Source: an uncultured Gemmatimonadales bacterium | GTDB taxonomy: Bacteria; Gemmatimonadota; Gemmatimonadetes; Gemmatimonadales; GWC2-71-9 | Assembly (NCBI GenBank): GCA_963757525.1 | Contig: CAVWRM010000001.1 | Span: forward strand, 2,631,685 to 2,695,684 | Reading direction: 5' to 3' | DNA: 64,000 nucleotides | Shown: positions 63,691-64,000 of the stretch, in pieces | How positions within the stretch are numbered: position 1 is the first letter of the stretch | How the letters are laid out: every line of letters begins with the position of its first letter | Notes under the pieces: model-generated | The model's database searches: none | The model's input: only the letters and a program-made list of their open reading frames with translations | Told to the model about the DNA's origin: nothing | Program-made: the position numbers and the translations under genes

Positions 63691-63948
63691 ATGGACATTG
63701 AGGGAGTTCTCGCCATCACGTTGATCTTCGGAGGGGGGACGCTCTTTCTCCTCTCCCTCAGTCCGGTTGGCCGGGCGATCGCCGAGCGAATCCGGAGTCG
63801 GGGCGCCGTGCCGGCCCGGGATCACGAGCTGCTCGCCGAGGTGGATGCCTTGAGACAGGAAGTCTCCGAGCTGCACGAGCGGGTGGATTTCACCGAGCGG
63901 TTGCTCGCCAATCAACGGACCGACGCCAAGCTGGCGGGGGCCGAATGA
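63691..63948 (+). CDS. Small membrane protein with C-terminal coiled coil, hypothetical
   Basis: TM helix VLAITLIFGGGTLFLLSL, then HELLAEVDALRQEVSELHERVDFTERLL. GGGAGGG upstream. Confidence 0.55.
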   Translation: MDIEGVLAITLIFGGGTLFLLSLSPVGRAIAERIRSRGAVPARDHELLAEVDALRQEVSELHERVDFTERLLANQRTDAKLAGAE

Positions 63949-64000
63949 GCCAGGACCAGACCTTCGCCCTCATACTCATTGTGACCACGTCGGTCATTTA
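63945..64000 (+). CDS. Start of a further CDS (membrane protein?), truncated by the window edge
   Basis: ATGA overlap with the previous stop. MSQDQTFALILIVTTSVI... Confidence 0.35.
   Translation, partial: MSQDQTFALILIVTTSVI

Overview
GC-rich bacterial chromosomal segment; third codon positions are overwhelmingly G/C. I call about 62 protein-coding genes, one start-less coding remnant, several intrinsic terminators and a set of unusual hairpins built from short tandem repeats. I found no rRNA, tRNA, CRISPR array, transposase or integrase. Many long ORFs in the six-frame track lie antisense to, or extend upstream of, recognisable genes; I treat them as GC-shadow artefacts and trimmed several starts. 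Housekeeping genes present: recF, a DUF721 (DciA-like) gene, gyrB, ligA, uvrA, glpK, mtnA, deoA and folE. Lipoboxes, outer-membrane beta-barrels, TonB and frequent ATGA/GTGA start-stop overlaps point to a diderm. The proteins remind me of Gemmatimonadota-like lineages, but I cannot verify that here. The main find is a respiratory island at about 34.1-50.6 kb. It starts with a tightly coupled minus-strand operon of three multiheme c-type cytochromes (9, 20 and 16 heme-binding motifs) and a heme-free outer-membrane beta-barrel. This looks like a porin-cytochrome type electron conduit across the cell envelope, with an architecture unlike MtrCAB or the Geobacter Pcc complexes. The operon is divergent from a Tat-exported membrane-bound [NiFe] uptake hydrogenase operon (small subunit, large subunit, cytochrome b, maturation protease). 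Next come cytochrome c maturation genes: a CcmE with Cys in place of the heme-binding His, CcmF, an atypical CcmH-like gene, and two double-zinc-ribbon membrane proteins. Other points of interest: a eukaryote-like PTPS + GTP cyclohydrolase I + SDR pterin cluster behind an orphan terminator-like leader; dispersed hairpins built from tandem heptamers (GGCTRAA and GGGTCGC families) that reach into the 3' ends of genes; a 25-nt motif repeated upstream of a PLP decarboxylase and a CBS-domain gene; and a strongly coding-like 148-codon frame with no canonical start codon.
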